A stretch of DNA of 64,000 nucleotides from Eledone cirrhosa (Eukaryota). The notes under the pieces are model-generated. The model ran no database searches. It was not told the DNA's origin and was given only the letters and a program-made list of their open reading frames with translations. The stretch spans positions 43,524,001 to 43,588,000 of the forward strand of contig OZ024756.1 in assembly GCA_964016885.1 (NCBI GenBank). The letters run 5' to 3'. The position numbers and the translations under genes were made by a program. Positions 44,201-57,500 of this stretch are shown piece after piece; within the stretch, counting starts at the first letter, position 1, and each line of letters opens with the position of its first letter.

Positions 44201-47200
44201 ATGACCACTTTACAGTGTGGTGGGTACCTGTTGGTTGTGACTGCTACATGACCACTTTACAGTGTGGTGGGTACCTTTTGGTTGTGACTGCTACATGACC
44301 ACTCTACAGTGTGGTGGGTACATTTTGGTTGTGACTTCTACATGAGTACTTTACAGTGTGGTGAGTACTTTTGGTTGTGACTGCTACATGACCACTTTAC
44401 AGTGTGGTGAGTACTTTTGGTTGTGACTGCTACATGACCACTTTACAGTGTAGTGGGTACTTTTGGTTGTGGCTCCTACATGACCACTTTACAGTGTGGT
44501 GACTTCTTTTGGTTGTGGCTCCTACATGACCACTTTACAGTGTGGTGGGAACTTTTTGCTGTAACTGCTACATGACCACTTTACAGTGTGGTGGGTACCT
44601 TTTGGTTGTGGCTCCTACATGACCACTTTACAGTGTGGTGAGTAGTTTTTGCTGTGACTGCTACATGACCACTTTACAGTGAGGTGGGTACTTTTGGTTG
44701 TGACTGCTACATGACCACTTTACAGTGTGGTGGGTTCTTTTGGTTGTGGCTCCTACATGACCACTTTACAGTGTGGTGGGTTCTTTTGGTTGTGACTCCT
44801 ACATGACCACTTTACAGTGTGGTGGGTACCGTTTGGTTGTGACTGCTACATGACCACTTTACAGTGTGGTGGGTTCTTTTGGTTGTGGCTCCTACATGAC
44901 CACTTTACAGTGTGGTGAGTACTTTTTGCTGTGACTGCTACATGACCACTTTACAGTGAGGTGGGTACCTTTTGGTTGTGACTCCTACATGACCACTTTA
45001 CAGTGTGGTGGGTTCTTTTGGTTGTGACTCCTACATGACCACTTTACAGTGTGGTGGGTTCTTTTGGTTGTGGCTCCTACATGACCACTTTACAGTGTGG
45101 TGGGTACCTTTTGGTTGTGGCTCCTACATGACCACTTTACAGTGTGGTGAGTACTTTTTGCTGTGACTGCTACATGACCACTTTACAGTGTGGTGAGTTC
45201 TTTTGGTTGTGGCTCCTACATGACCACTTTACAGTGTGGTGGGTTCTTTTGGTTGTGGCTCCTACATGACCACTTTACAGTGTGGTGGGTACCTTTTGGT
45301 TGTGGCTCCTACATGACCACTTTACAGTGTGGTGAGTACTTTTTGCTGTGACTGCTACATGACCACTTCACAGTGTGGTGGGTACCTTTTGGTTGTGGCT
45401 CCTACATGACCACTTTACAGTGTGGTGAGTACTTTTTGCTGTGACTGCTACATGACCACTTTACAGTGTGGTGGGTACCTTTTGGTTGTGACTCCTACAT
45501 GACCACTTTACAGTGTGGTGGGTATCGTTTGTTTGTGGCTCCTAAATGACCACTTTACAGTGTGGTGGGTTCTTTTGGTTGTGACTGCTACATGACCACT
45601 TTACAGTGTGGTGGGTACCTTTTGGTTGTGACTGCTACATGACCACTTTACAGTGTGGTGAGTTCTTTTGGTTGTGACTGCTACATGACCACTTTACAGT
45701 GTGGTGGGTACCTTTTGGTTGTGACTGCTACATGACCACTTTACAGTGTGGTGGGTACATTTTGGTTGTGACTCCTACATGACCACTTTACAGTGTGGTG
45801 GGTTCTTTTGGTTGTGACTGCTACATGACCACTTTACAGTGTGGTGAGTACTTTTTGCTGTGACTGCTACATGACCACTTTACAGTGTGGTGGGAACCTT
45901 TTGGTTGTGACTCCTACATGACCACTTTACAGTGTGGTGGGTACCGTTTGGTTGTGGCTCCTACATGATCACTTTACAGTGTAGTGGGTACTTTTGGTTG
46001 TGACTCCTACATGACCACTTTACAGTGTGGTGGGTACTTTTGGTTGTGACTGCTACATGACCACTTTACAGTGTGGTGGGTACCTTTTGGTTGTGACTGC
46101 TTCATGACCACTTTACAGTGTGGTGAGTACCTTTTGGTTGTGACTCCTACATGACCACTTTACAGTGTGGTGGGTACCTGTTGGTTGTGACTGCTACATG
46201 ACCACTTTACAGTGTGGTGGGTACCTTTTGGTTGTGACTGCTACATGACCACTCTACAGTGTGGTGGGTACATTTTGGTTGTGACTTCTACATGAGTACT
46301 TTACAGTGTGGTGAGTACTTTTGGTTGTGACTGCTACATGACCACGTTACAGTGTGGTGAGTACTTTTGGTTTGGACTGCTACATGACCACTTTACAGTG
46401 TAGTGGGTACTTTTGGTTGTGGCTGCTACATGACCACTTTACAGTGTGGTGACTTCTTTTGGTTGTGGCTCCTACATGACCACTTTACAGTGTGGTGGGA
46501 ACTTTTTGCTGTAACTGCTACATGACCACTTTACAGTGTGGTGGGTACCTTTTGGTTGTGGCTCCTACATGACCACTTGACAGTGTAGTGGGTACTTTTG
46601 GTTGTGACTGCTACATGACCACTTTACAGTGTAGTGGGTACTTTTGGTTGTGACTGCTACATGACCACTTTACAGTGTGGTGGGTTCTTTTGGTTGTGGC
46701 TCCTACATGACCACTTTACAGTGTGGTGGGTTCTTTTGGTTGTGACTCCTACATGACCACTTTACAGTGTGGTGGGTACCGTTTGGTTGTGACTGCTACA
46801 TGACCACTTTACAGTGTGGTGGGTTCTTTTGGTTGTGGCTTCTACATGACCACTTTACAGTGTGGTGAGTACTTTTTGCTGTGGCTGCTACATGACCACT
46901 TTACAGTGTGGTGGGTACCTTTTGGTTGTGACTCCTACATGACCACTTTACAGTGTGGTGGGTACCGTTTGTTTGTGGCTCCTACATGACCACTTTACAG
47001 TGTGGTGAGTTCTTTTGGTTGTGACTGCTACATGACCACTTTACAGTGTGGTGAGTTCTTTTGGTTGTGACTGCTACATGACCACTTTACAGTGTGGTGG
47101 GTACCTTTTGGTTGTGACTGCTACATGACCACTTTACAGTCTGGTGGGTACATTTTGGTTGTGACTCCTACATGACCACTTTACAGTGTGGTGGGTTCTT

Positions 47201-50100
47201 TTGGTTGTGACTGCTACATGACCACTTTACAGTGTGGTGGGTACCTTTTTGTTGTGACTCCTACATGACCACTTTACAGTGTGGTGGGTTCTTTTGGTTG
47301 TGACTGCTACATGACCACTTTACAGTGTGGTGGGTACTTTTGGTTGTGGCTCCTACATGACCACTTTACAGTGTGGTGAGTTCTTTTGGTTGTGGCTCCT
47401 ACATGACCACTTTACAGTGTGGTGGGAACTTTTGGTTGTGGCTCCTACATGACCACTTTACAGTGTAGTGGGTACTTTTGCTTGTGACTGCTACATGACC
47501 ACTTTACAGTGTGGTGGGTACTTCTGGTTGTGACTGCTACATGACCACTTTACAGTGTGGTGGGTACTTTTGGTTGTGGCTCCTACATGACCACTTTACA
47601 GTGTGGTGAGTTCTTTTGGTTGTGGCTCCTACATGACCACTTTACAGTGTGGTGGGTACTTTTGGTTGTGGCTCCTACATGACCACTTTACAGTGTAGTG
47701 GGTACTTTTGGTTGTGACTGCTACATGACCACTTTACAGTGTGGTGGGTTCTTTTGGTTGTGGCTCCTACATGACCACTTTACAGTATGGTGAGTTCTTT
47801 TGGTTGTGACTGCTACATGACCACTTTATAGTGTGGTGAGTTCTTTTGGTTGTGACTGCTACATAACCACTTTACAGTGTGGTGGGTTCTTTTGGTTGTG
47901 GCTCCTACATGACCACTTTACAGTGTGGTGAGTACTTTTTGCTGTGACTGCTACATGACCACTTTATAGTGTGGTGAGTTCTTTTGGTTGTGACTGCTAC
48001 ATGACCACTTTATAGTGTGGTGAGTTCTTTTGGTTGTGACTCCTACATGACTACTTTATAGTGTGGTGGGTACCTTTTGGTTGTGGCTCCTACATGACCA
48101 CTTTACAGTGTGGTGTGTTCTTTTGGTTTTGGCTCCTCCATGACCACTTTACAGTGTGGTGCGTTCTTTTGGTTGTGACTGCTACATGACCACTTTACAG
48201 TGTGGTGCGTTCTTTTGGTTGTGACTGCTACATGACCACTTTACAGTGTGGTGAGTTCTTTTGGTTGTGACTGCTACATGACCACTTTACAGTGTGGTGC
48301 GTTCTTTTGGTTGTGACTGCTACATGACCACTTTACAGTGTGGTGAGTTCTTTTGGTTGTGACTGCTACATGACCACTTTACAGTGTGGTGAGTTCTTTT
48401 GGTTGTGACTGCTACATGACCACTTTACAGTGTGGTGAGTTCTTTTGGTTGTGACTGCTACATGACCACTTTATAGTGTGGTGAGTTCTTTTGGTTGTGG
48501 CTCCTACATGACCACTTTACAGTGTGGTGCGTTCTTTTGGTTGTGACTGCTACATGACCACTTTACAGTGTGGTGAGTTCTTTTGGTTGTGACTGCTACA
48601 TGACCACTTTACAGTGTGGTGAGTTCTTTTGGTTGTGGCTGCTACATGACCACTTTACAGTGTGGTGAGTTCTTTTGGCTGTGACTGCTACATGACCACT
48701 TTATAGTGTGGTGAGTTCTTTTGGTTGTGGCTCCTACATGACCACTTTACAGTGTGGTGGGTTCTTTTGGTTGTGACTGCTACATGACCACTTTACAGTG
48801 TGGTGAGTTCTTTTGGTTGTGACTGCTACATGACCACTTTACAGTGTGGTGAGTTCTTTTGGTTGTGGCTCCTACATGACCACTTTACAGTGTGGTGGGA
48901 ACTTTTGGTTGTGGCTCCTACATGACCACTTTACAGTGTAGTGGGTACTTTTGCTTGTGACTGCTACATGACCACTTTACAGTGTGGTGAGTTCTTTTGG
49001 TTGTGACTGCTACATGACCACTTTACAGTGTGGTGAGTTCTTTTGGTTGTGACTGCTACATGACCACTTTATAGTGTGGTGAGTTCTTTTGGTTGTGGCT
49101 CCTACATGACCACTTTACAGTGTGGTGGGTTCTTTTGGTTGTGACTCCTACATGACCACTTTACAGTGTGGTGGGTTCTTTTGGTTGTGACTCCTACATG
49201 ACCACTTTACAGTGTGGTGAGTACCTTTTGGTTGTGACTGCTACATGACCACTCTACAATGTGGTGGGTACCTTTTGTTTGTGACTCCTACATGACCACT
49301 TTATAGTGTGGTGAGTTCTTTTGGTTGTGGCTCCTACATGACGACTTTACAGTGTGGTGGGTACTTTTGGTTGTGGCTCCTACATGACCACTTTATAGTG
49401 TGGTGAGTTCTTTTGGTTGTGACTCCTACATGACCACTTTACAGTGTGGTGAGTACCTTTTGGTTGTGACTGCTACATGACCACTCTACAATGTGGTGGG
49501 TACCTTTTGTTTGTGACTCCTACATGACCACTTTATAGTGTGGTGAGTTCTTTTGGTTGTGGCTCCTACATGACCACTTTACAGTGTGGTAAGTACCTTT
49601 TGTTGTGTCTGCTACATAACCACTTTACAATGTGGTAAGTACCTTTTGGTTGTGACTGCTACATAACCACTTTACAATTTGGTAAGTACCTTTTGGTTGT
49701 GACTGCTACATGACCACTTTACAGTGTGGTAAGTACCTTTTGGTTGTGACTGCTACATGACCACTTTACAGTGTGGTGGGTACCTTTTGTTTGTGACTCC
49801 TACATGACCACTTTATAGTGTGGTGAGTTCTTTTGGTTGTGGCTCCTACATGACCACTTTACAGTGTGGTGGGTACTTTCGGTTGTGACTCCTACATGAC
49901 CACTTTACAGTGTGGTGAGTTCTTTTGGTTGTGGCTCCTACATGACCACTTTACAGTGTGGTGGGTACTTTCGGTTGTGACTCCTACATGACCACTTTAC
50001 AGTGTGGTGAGTTCTTTTGGTTGTGACTCCTACATGACCACTTTACAGTGTGGTGAGTTCTTTTTGTTGTGTCTGCTACATAACCACTTTACAGTGTGTA
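41245..50100. repeat. 46/47-bp tandem satellite (CTACATGACCACTTTACAGTGTGGTGGGTAC(C)TTTTGGTTGTGACT(G/C)), about 190 units
   Basis: Directly visible. Higher-order blocks repeat at offsets of 1391 bp (41968/43359) and 1950 bp (44011/45961). Confidence 0.97.
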
Positions 50101-50427
50101 CTTGAAGAGTTTTGTTGTGTCACCTACACCACCACATTGTTGTGAGTGGATGGTTGTGTATATGTAAGATGGGGAATGGAGACCTGGTTCTAAGGTGAGA
50201 CCTTAATTGTGGCTGTGATAATGAAGGTAGTAGAGTGGTTACAATGATGATGATGATGAACATGGTTGTAGTGGCTGTCATAGTGATAGTAGTTAAACTG
50301 ATCAAGATTATAAAAGTATAAATCCAAACACAAACACAGCAGTACAGAAATATGTACACACTTAATCAAATATATGAATAATTATGTATTTCAAACATAT
50401 ACATATTCTCACATGGAAACATACAAT

Positions 50428-53009
50428 CATCATCATCATCATCATCACCGTTTTACGTCCGTTCTTCCACGCTAGCATGGGTTAGACGGGTTGTCCTGTT
50501 GTGGGCAGTGTCTGGTCGGCTGACCATGCCTTGCTCATACAGGAACTGATCTGGCTTGATTTCTACAGCTGGATGCCCTTCCTAACACCAACCTCATTTA
50601 CAGTGAATGCTGGGTGCTTTTTCGTGGTGCCTACACGTCCACTTTACAGTGTGGGCTGGGTGCTTTTTTGCCGTGGCACCTCCACGACCACCTTGCGGTG
50701 GGGGGAGTGGGGGCATATTGTTTATATGCTTCAGCATGTACCCATGGGAGGTCGGGTACCCTGTATTACTGCGTGACGCCAGAAGTCACGGTCGTGTGTC
50801 ATTGTCTTTGAGAGGTGTAGTTGGGTAAGGTCGGCTTTTATCACCTCATCCCAAGTCATCTTGGGTCTCCCCACTCCGCGGTTTCCATCAACTTCTAGTG
50901 CTCTGCACCTTTTTATGCAGCTGTCATCCTTCATACGTATCACATGTCCATACCAGCGTAACCACCTCTCCTGCACGCAGCATTTGATTCCTCTTATGCT
51001 CAGTCTCTCTCTCAATTCCTTTATGCTTTGTCGTTCACGTATATTACTGTTACACATCCATCGGAGCATGCAGGCTTCGTTTCTCTCTAATCTACGTAAG
51101 TCTTCCACCTTCAGCGCCCAGGTCTCACTACCATGCAACATCGCTGTTCGGATACACGCATCATACAGTCTGCCTTTCATTCTGAGGGAGAAGCCTTTTG
51201 CAGCTAGCAGTGGTAGTAGTTCCCTACACTTCTTCCATCCCGTTCTTACCCTAGTTATTGTACTTTCTGAGCACCCAGCTCCATTGCTAATTCGGTCACC
51301 TAGGTAGCAGAAGCTGTCTACTGTTTCTACAGGGCCCTCCCAGAGATTGGTGGTACTTGTTTCCTGTGGCTGTTTGCTTGCTGTTTCAGCACAGCTGCTG
51401 CATGTGAATCCTACATTCTTAATTAAGCTTCCTGAGATCCCGCTACATCTCTTGTGTACCCATTGTTTGCATTTGGGGCAGAGAATGGAGTTCCTACCTA
51501 CACCTTTCCTACATACTGAGCAAGGCCATTTCCCTGAGGGGATCTGGGTTCTGTTTTCTCGTCTACTTACAAGGACCTTAGTCTTTGTCATGTTGACTTT
51601 GAGGCCCTTTCTCTCTAGTCCCTGCTTCCAGGTTTGGAATTTATTCTCTAGTTCTACCATAGATTCAGCTATGAGTGCGAGGTCATCAGCATACAGGAGT
51701 TCCCATGGGCATCCGGTCTTAAACTCCTCCGTTATTGCCTGCAGGACTATGATGAACAGGAGAGGGCTAAGAACAGAGCCCTGGTGGACCCCAACCTGTA
51801 CGCTAAATTCCTCGCTATACTCATTGCTAATCCTAACTTTGCTGACTGCTCCCCTATACATGGCTTCTACCGCTTTCACAAGCCATTCATCTACTCCTAG
51901 TTTTCTAAGAGCCCACCAGATTACCGCACGTGGAACTCTGTCAAAGGCTTTCTCAAGGTCGACAAATGCCAAGTAGAGTGGCTTACTTTTAGCTAGGTAC
52001 TTTTCCTGTAATTGCCTCACAAGGAAGAGGGCATCAGTGGTGCCTCTCCCTGGTACAAACCCAAATTGCATCTCGTCTATATTCACCCAGTCCCTAATCA
52101 GCTGTGCTATAACTCTTTCTGTTACTTTCATGACCTGGTCCATCAACTTTATACCTCTATAGTTTCCTCTATCTAGTGCATCGCCTTTACCTTTGTAGCA
52201 GTTGACAATGATGCTACTGCACCAATCTTTTGGTATGGCCCCTTCTAGTATTACCTGGTTAACGATACGTGTGGTTATATTGTGACCTACAGACCCAGAT
52301 GCCTTCAGCATCTCGGCAGCTATACCCGATGGACCGGTTGCCTTCCCCATCTTCATATCTCTGATTGCCTTACTTACTACGCTGCCGCTGACTTGTACTG
52401 CTGGTCCCTCTATAGGGTCTACATGGGGTAGGGTCTCTTCTTCCCATGCATTCTCCTCATTTAGTAATCTATCATAATGACTCTTCCATGCATCTTTCTT
52501 CTCAGCACTTGTGAGGGCAAGCTCACCTTTATCATTCCGGATACACTTCTCTCCAATGACATCACAACTATCTCTGACACACTGCCTCGCAATCTTGAAT
52601 ACCTCCTGTTTCTGGTCCTCACGTTGTAAAACATGCTTGAATTTTCTATCCTCTGCTTCCCTCCTAGCTAAGTATACTTGTCGCCTAGCTTCCCTCTTGG
52701 TCTCTATGTAATGTACCCTGCTCCCCCCGTTCTTCCATTCTTTCCATGCCTGTCTCTTGGCCTTGACTGCTTCATCTACCTTATTGTTCCACCACCAAGT
52801 CACTCTCCTCCTGCTTGAGGTCTTACTCCAGCCACAAACCTCATCCGTCGCCTCTAGTAAGTTATTTTTTAGGAACTCCCAGTTCTCTTCTACGTTAAAT
52901 GTCTCTATCTGTTCTTCTTTACTGTCGTAGGCGTTGAGTAAAATATCTTTAAATCTGTTACTGGTTGAGGGGACTTTCAGCTTCCAGATCTTTCTTCTCC
53001 AGGTTGGCC
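50428..53009 (-). mobile_element. Young 5'-truncated RTE-clade LINE with (GAT)n tail; RT ORF open (50731 to about 53009)
   Basis: RT motifs AFVDLEKAFD, HQGSVLSP, LYADD; PHD-like Cys cluster. The empty site ATACAATCAT|GTATATATAC is seen in the paralog at about 27171-27190. Confidence 0.93.
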
Positions 53010-53094
53010 TCATGCATATATACACACATGCATGTATTGATAGAGGCAGACATGTATTTAAAAATATGGAACCCCTCTCATCTATACATGAACA

Positions 53095-53910
53095 CACATG
53101 CAGAGGTGAATTAGCTTACAAATTTAGAAGTGCCCTAGATAAACATAAACTCAATATTAAGATAGTAGAAAGACCAGGTACCTCCGTAAAAACACTTATG
53201 AGCAACACATACCCTTTTCAAAGACCCTCATGTATAGATAAGAAATGTATAACCTGTAAAATAAGCCCCCATATTAACTGTAAAACTAGAAATGTAGTGT
53301 ATAGCATAAGATGTACTGAAAGACAATGTAGAGACAAAAATATAGTGTACATAGGTGAGACAGCTCGTAGTGTAGGGGAACGGATAAATGAACACTGGCG
53401 AGACCTTCAAGATAGTAAAGAATCATCTTTACTCTACCAACATGCTAAAATAGAACACAAGGGTAAATTAGAGAACATAGAAATAAAAATAGAATCTACA
53501 CACAGAAAAGACGCAATGTTTAGACAAATCACAGAGGCAATAAACATAAAGGAATTACAACCAAAATTAAATAGAAAATATGAGTGGAACAGCAACATCA
53601 CAACTTACAATTAAGGACAAAATGAATACACACACACACATAGAACAAACAACCAACCAGTAACATGTAAATAAACAAATAAATAAATGAACATAAACAC
53701 ACACAGACACCCAGATGTGGCGCATGCACAGACTGAGCACACAACACACACACAGAAACAAAATGGCGTAGGACAGAACAAAGGAGAGGCACAAAAGAAA
53801 ACAAAGAAAGGAATCCCCAGTCACTGAAGAGGTCACAGAGTGTGTGACGAAAGAACTATAACAATATATAAACAACTATCTGGTTGTGGAACCAACCAAC
53901 CAACCAGAAA
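53095..53910 (+). mobile_element. Penelope-like element 3' fragment: GIY-YIG endonuclease coding region (to 53614) plus 3' region
   Basis: C..C..C...CKTRNVVYSIRC...YIGETARSVGERINEH...LYQH...RQITEAINI...PKLN; boundaries approximate. Confidence 0.85.
53824..53860 (+). ncRNA. Hammerhead-like core in the Penelope 3' region
   Basis: CTGAAGA-G-GTCAC-agagtgt-GTGAC-GAAA. Stems I and III are not convincingly formed. Confidence 0.4.
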
Positions 53911-54139
53911 TTTATAAATTTATAAATTTATTATAAATTTATTATAATAAATTGAAGTGAAAGCAACTGGTGCGTGTGTTTCTTATTGGCAACATGACCC
54001 TCCCAAAGTATAACAATATCGGTTTCAACACACGATTTCAGATAAAGAATCTTGCTAAACAAATTCAGAAACGAAATATATATATATATATATATACACA
54101 CACAGAAATGTAATACATAAAATAAAATAACTTGCTTAC

Positions 54140-54454
54140 TTTTCCCTGTAATAGAGACTAGAGAGTCAAGTTTCATTTTCAATACTGAACAGGTGATGGT
54201 TATATTGGGGTAGTCTTCAATTGTTACACTGTAGTCAAACTGTGACTCTAATGAAACATAACATTTGTTAATTTTTGGAACTGGCACAGTTTTTTGGCTG
54301 ACTTCTGTTTCGTTACTTCCACGTGTTACACTCCATTTAAACAGGACATTCTCTTCAGAATTTGGGACAAAATTTAAATGACATCTGAAGGTAGATATCT
54401 GGTTAATTTTGTGGTTCTTAGTGTCAGACATCAGATCTTTCAGAGCAGATTTAG
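54140..54454 (-). CDS. Exon B2: C-type Ig domain, 315 nt
   Basis: Acceptor ...ttttatcttttcag| and donor |gtaagc. Open paralog of B1 (STFRCHLNFVPN..LFKWSV..NKCY..NITITCSV). Confidence 0.85.
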
Positions 54455-54524
54455 CTGAAAAGATAAAATGTAAATCTTAGTAAAACAAATAATGAAATGA
54501 ATGTTTGCTGGTTACATTAATAGA

Positions 54525-57500
54525 AACTACAACTAAAATGTTGAATGGGGAGGTTGCTTCTGATAGGACACTCTGGAAGGCATGTGTGAGGACTCTGCCC
54601 TAACAATACTCTTATGTTGAGGAAGAGAAGAATATCACCCAAAATATTTTGTGACACAGAAGCAGGTCATGAAAGTAACAGAAAGAGTTATAGCACAGCT
54701 GATTAGGGACCGGGTGAATATAGACGAGATGCAATTTGGGTTTGTACCAGGGAGAGGCACCACTGATGCCCTCTTCCTTGTGAGGCAATTACAGGAAAAG
54801 TACCTAGCTAAAAGTAAGCCACTCTACTTGGCATTTGTCGACCTTGAGAAAGCCTTTGACAGAGTTCCACGTGCGGTAATCTGGTGGGCTCTTAGAAAAC
54901 TAGGAGTAGATGAATGGCTTGTGAAAGCGGTAGAAGCCATGTATAGGGGAGCAGTCAGCAAAGTTAGGATTAGCAATGAGTATAGCGAGGAATTTAGCGT
55001 ACAGGTTGGGGTCCACCAGGGCTCTGTTCTTAGCCCTCTCCTGTTCATCATAGTCCTGCAGGCAATAACGGAGGAGTTTAAGACCGGATGCCCATGGGAA
55101 CTCCTGTATGCTGATGACCTCGCACTCATAGCTGAATCTATGGTAGAACTAGAGAATAAATTCCAAACCTGGAAGCAGGGACTAGAGAGAAAGGGCCTCA
55201 AAGTCAACATGACAAAGACTAAGGTCCTTGTAAGTAGACGAGAAAACAGAACCCAGATCCCCTCAGGGAAATGGCCTTGCTCAGTATGTAGGAAAGGTGT
55301 AGGTAGGAACTCCATTCTCTGCCCCAAATGCAAACAATGGGTACACAAGAGATGTAGCGGGATCTCAGGAAGCTTAATTAAGAATGTAGGATTCACATGC
55401 AGCAGCTGTGCTGAAACAGCAAGCAAACAGCCACAGGAAACAAGTACCACCAATCTCTGGGAGGGCCCTGTAGAAACAGTAGACAGCTTCTGCTACCTAG
55501 GTGACCGAATTAGCAATGGAGCTGGGTGCTCAGAAAGTACAATAACTAGGGTAAGAACGGGATGGAAGAAGTGTAGGGAACTACTACCACTGCTAGCTGC
55601 AAAAGGCTTCTCCCTCAGAATGAAAGGCAGACTGTATGATGCGTGTATCCGAACAGCGATGTTGCATGGTAGTGAGACCTGGGCGCTGAAGGTGGAAGAC
55701 TTACGTAGATTAGAGAGAAACGAAGCCTGCATGCTCCGATGGATGTGTAACAGTAATATACGTGAACGACAAAGCATAAAGGAATTGAGAGAGAGACTGA
55801 GCATAAGAGGAATCAAATGCTGCGTGCAGGAGAGGCGGTTACGCTGGTATGGACATGTGATGCGTATGAAGGATGACAGCTGCATAAAAAGGTGCAGAGC
55901 ACTAGAAGTTGATGGAAACCGCGGAGTGGGGAGACCCAAGATGACTTGGGATGAGGTGATAAAAGCCGACCTTACCCAACTACACCTCTCAAAGACAATG
56001 ACACACGACCGTGACTTCTGGCGTCACGCAGTAATACAGGGTACCCGACCTCCCATGGGTACATGCTGAAGCATATAAACAATATGCCCCCACTCCCCCC
56101 ACCGCAAGGTGGTCGTGGAGGTGCCACGGCAAAAAAGCACCCAGCCCACACTGTAAAGTGGACGTGTAGGCGCCACGAAAAAGCACCCAGCACTCACTGT
56201 AAATGAGGTTGGTGTTAGGAAGGGCATCCAGCTGTAGAAATCAAGCCAGATCAGTTCCTGTATGAGCAAGGCATGGTCAGCCGACCAGACACTGCCCACA
56301 ACAGGACAACCCGTCTAACCCATGCTAGCGTGGAAGAACGGACGTAAAACGGTGATGATGATGATGATGATGAAGCAGGGTAAATGCAATGAGGAACAAG
56401 ATGTATATGACAATAACTACACACCCGCTAATGACACCCAATCCAACAAAGGGGTCAGTTCTACAACTCAGCAGTGACATAGTAAGACAATTAAGGATAC
56501 GAAGACAGACAAATCAAGTGGACTACCGGGCTTAGTTGTTTAGATGCTGAAAGCATCTGGGATGGTAGGTCACATCATAATGAACTGTATCATAAACCAA
56601 GTAATACAAAGTAATGTCATACCTAATGACTGGTGTAGCTGGAGCATTGACAACTACTACATAAGCAAAGGAGGGGCTCTAGACAGAGAACAATATAGAG
56701 GTAACAAGTTGAGGAACCAGGTCATGAAACTTACAGAAAGAGTTATCATTTAACTGATTAGGGACCAAATTAAACCAAAGGGGATTCAGTTCAGATTTAT
56801 GCCAGGTAACACATACCACTGATGTCCTCTTCTTTGTGAGGCAAATGCAGGTAAAGTACCTAGCTAAACATAAGCCCCTCTACATGGCATTTGTTGATCT
56901 GAAGAAAGTATTTTACAAAGTCTCCCATTCCATAATCTGGTGGGCTGTTAGAAAACTCGGGGTAGATGAGAGACTGAGGGTGGTATAAGCCATGTATTCA
57001 CAATTATTATAGTGAGGAATTTAGTGTGTAAATGTGGGTTCTTCAAGGGTCTGTTTATAGTCCTCTCCTCATTTATTATCTTCCAGGTTATAACAGAATA
57101 GTTTAAGACTGACTGCCCATGGGAAATCCTATATGCTGATTATCTAACTCTCATTAGCTGAAACTATGGCAGAAATAGAGAACAAATTCATGCTCTAGAA
57201 GTAAAAGGTCATAAGTCAACTAGGCAAAGACTAACTTACTAGTAAATAGAAAGGAAAGACTAAATTTTTAGTAATTAGAAAGGAAAACAAGGCCCTGATA
57301 GCTTTGGGGAATAGTCTTGATTAATGTACATGAGATGAGTAATTAAAAATTCTATCCTGTGTTCCAAATGATGACTATAGGTATACAAGTGATGTAATAT
57401 GATCTCAGACAGCTTAGCAAAGATGTAGGTTTTATAAGTGGTTGATAAATAGGAGCATTTAACGGTAAAGGCTCATGGAAAACAAGCTTTATTTGATACT

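Noticed and set aside
41245-50100. CRISPR-like appearance of the 46-bp array (internal ACCAC/GTGGT hairpin)
   Set aside because: Units are head-to-tail with no unique spacers, there are no cas genes, the context is eukaryotic, and the unit derives from a retroelement tail.
41245-50100. RSS-like heptamer (CACTGTA/TACAGTG) in each unit near Ig-like exons, hinting at V(D)J-type recombination
   Set aside because: No good nonamer at 12/23 spacing, the motifs do not abut the exons, the exons have normal splice sites, and the motif is explained by retroelement origin.
52934-53097. N-terminal extensions of the 788-aa RTE ORF and the 226-aa GIY-YIG ORF, suggesting overlapping or fusion genes
   Set aside because: The extensions run through host intron sequence shared with the paralog at about 27180-27240 and through antisense RTE; chance open frames across insertion junctions.
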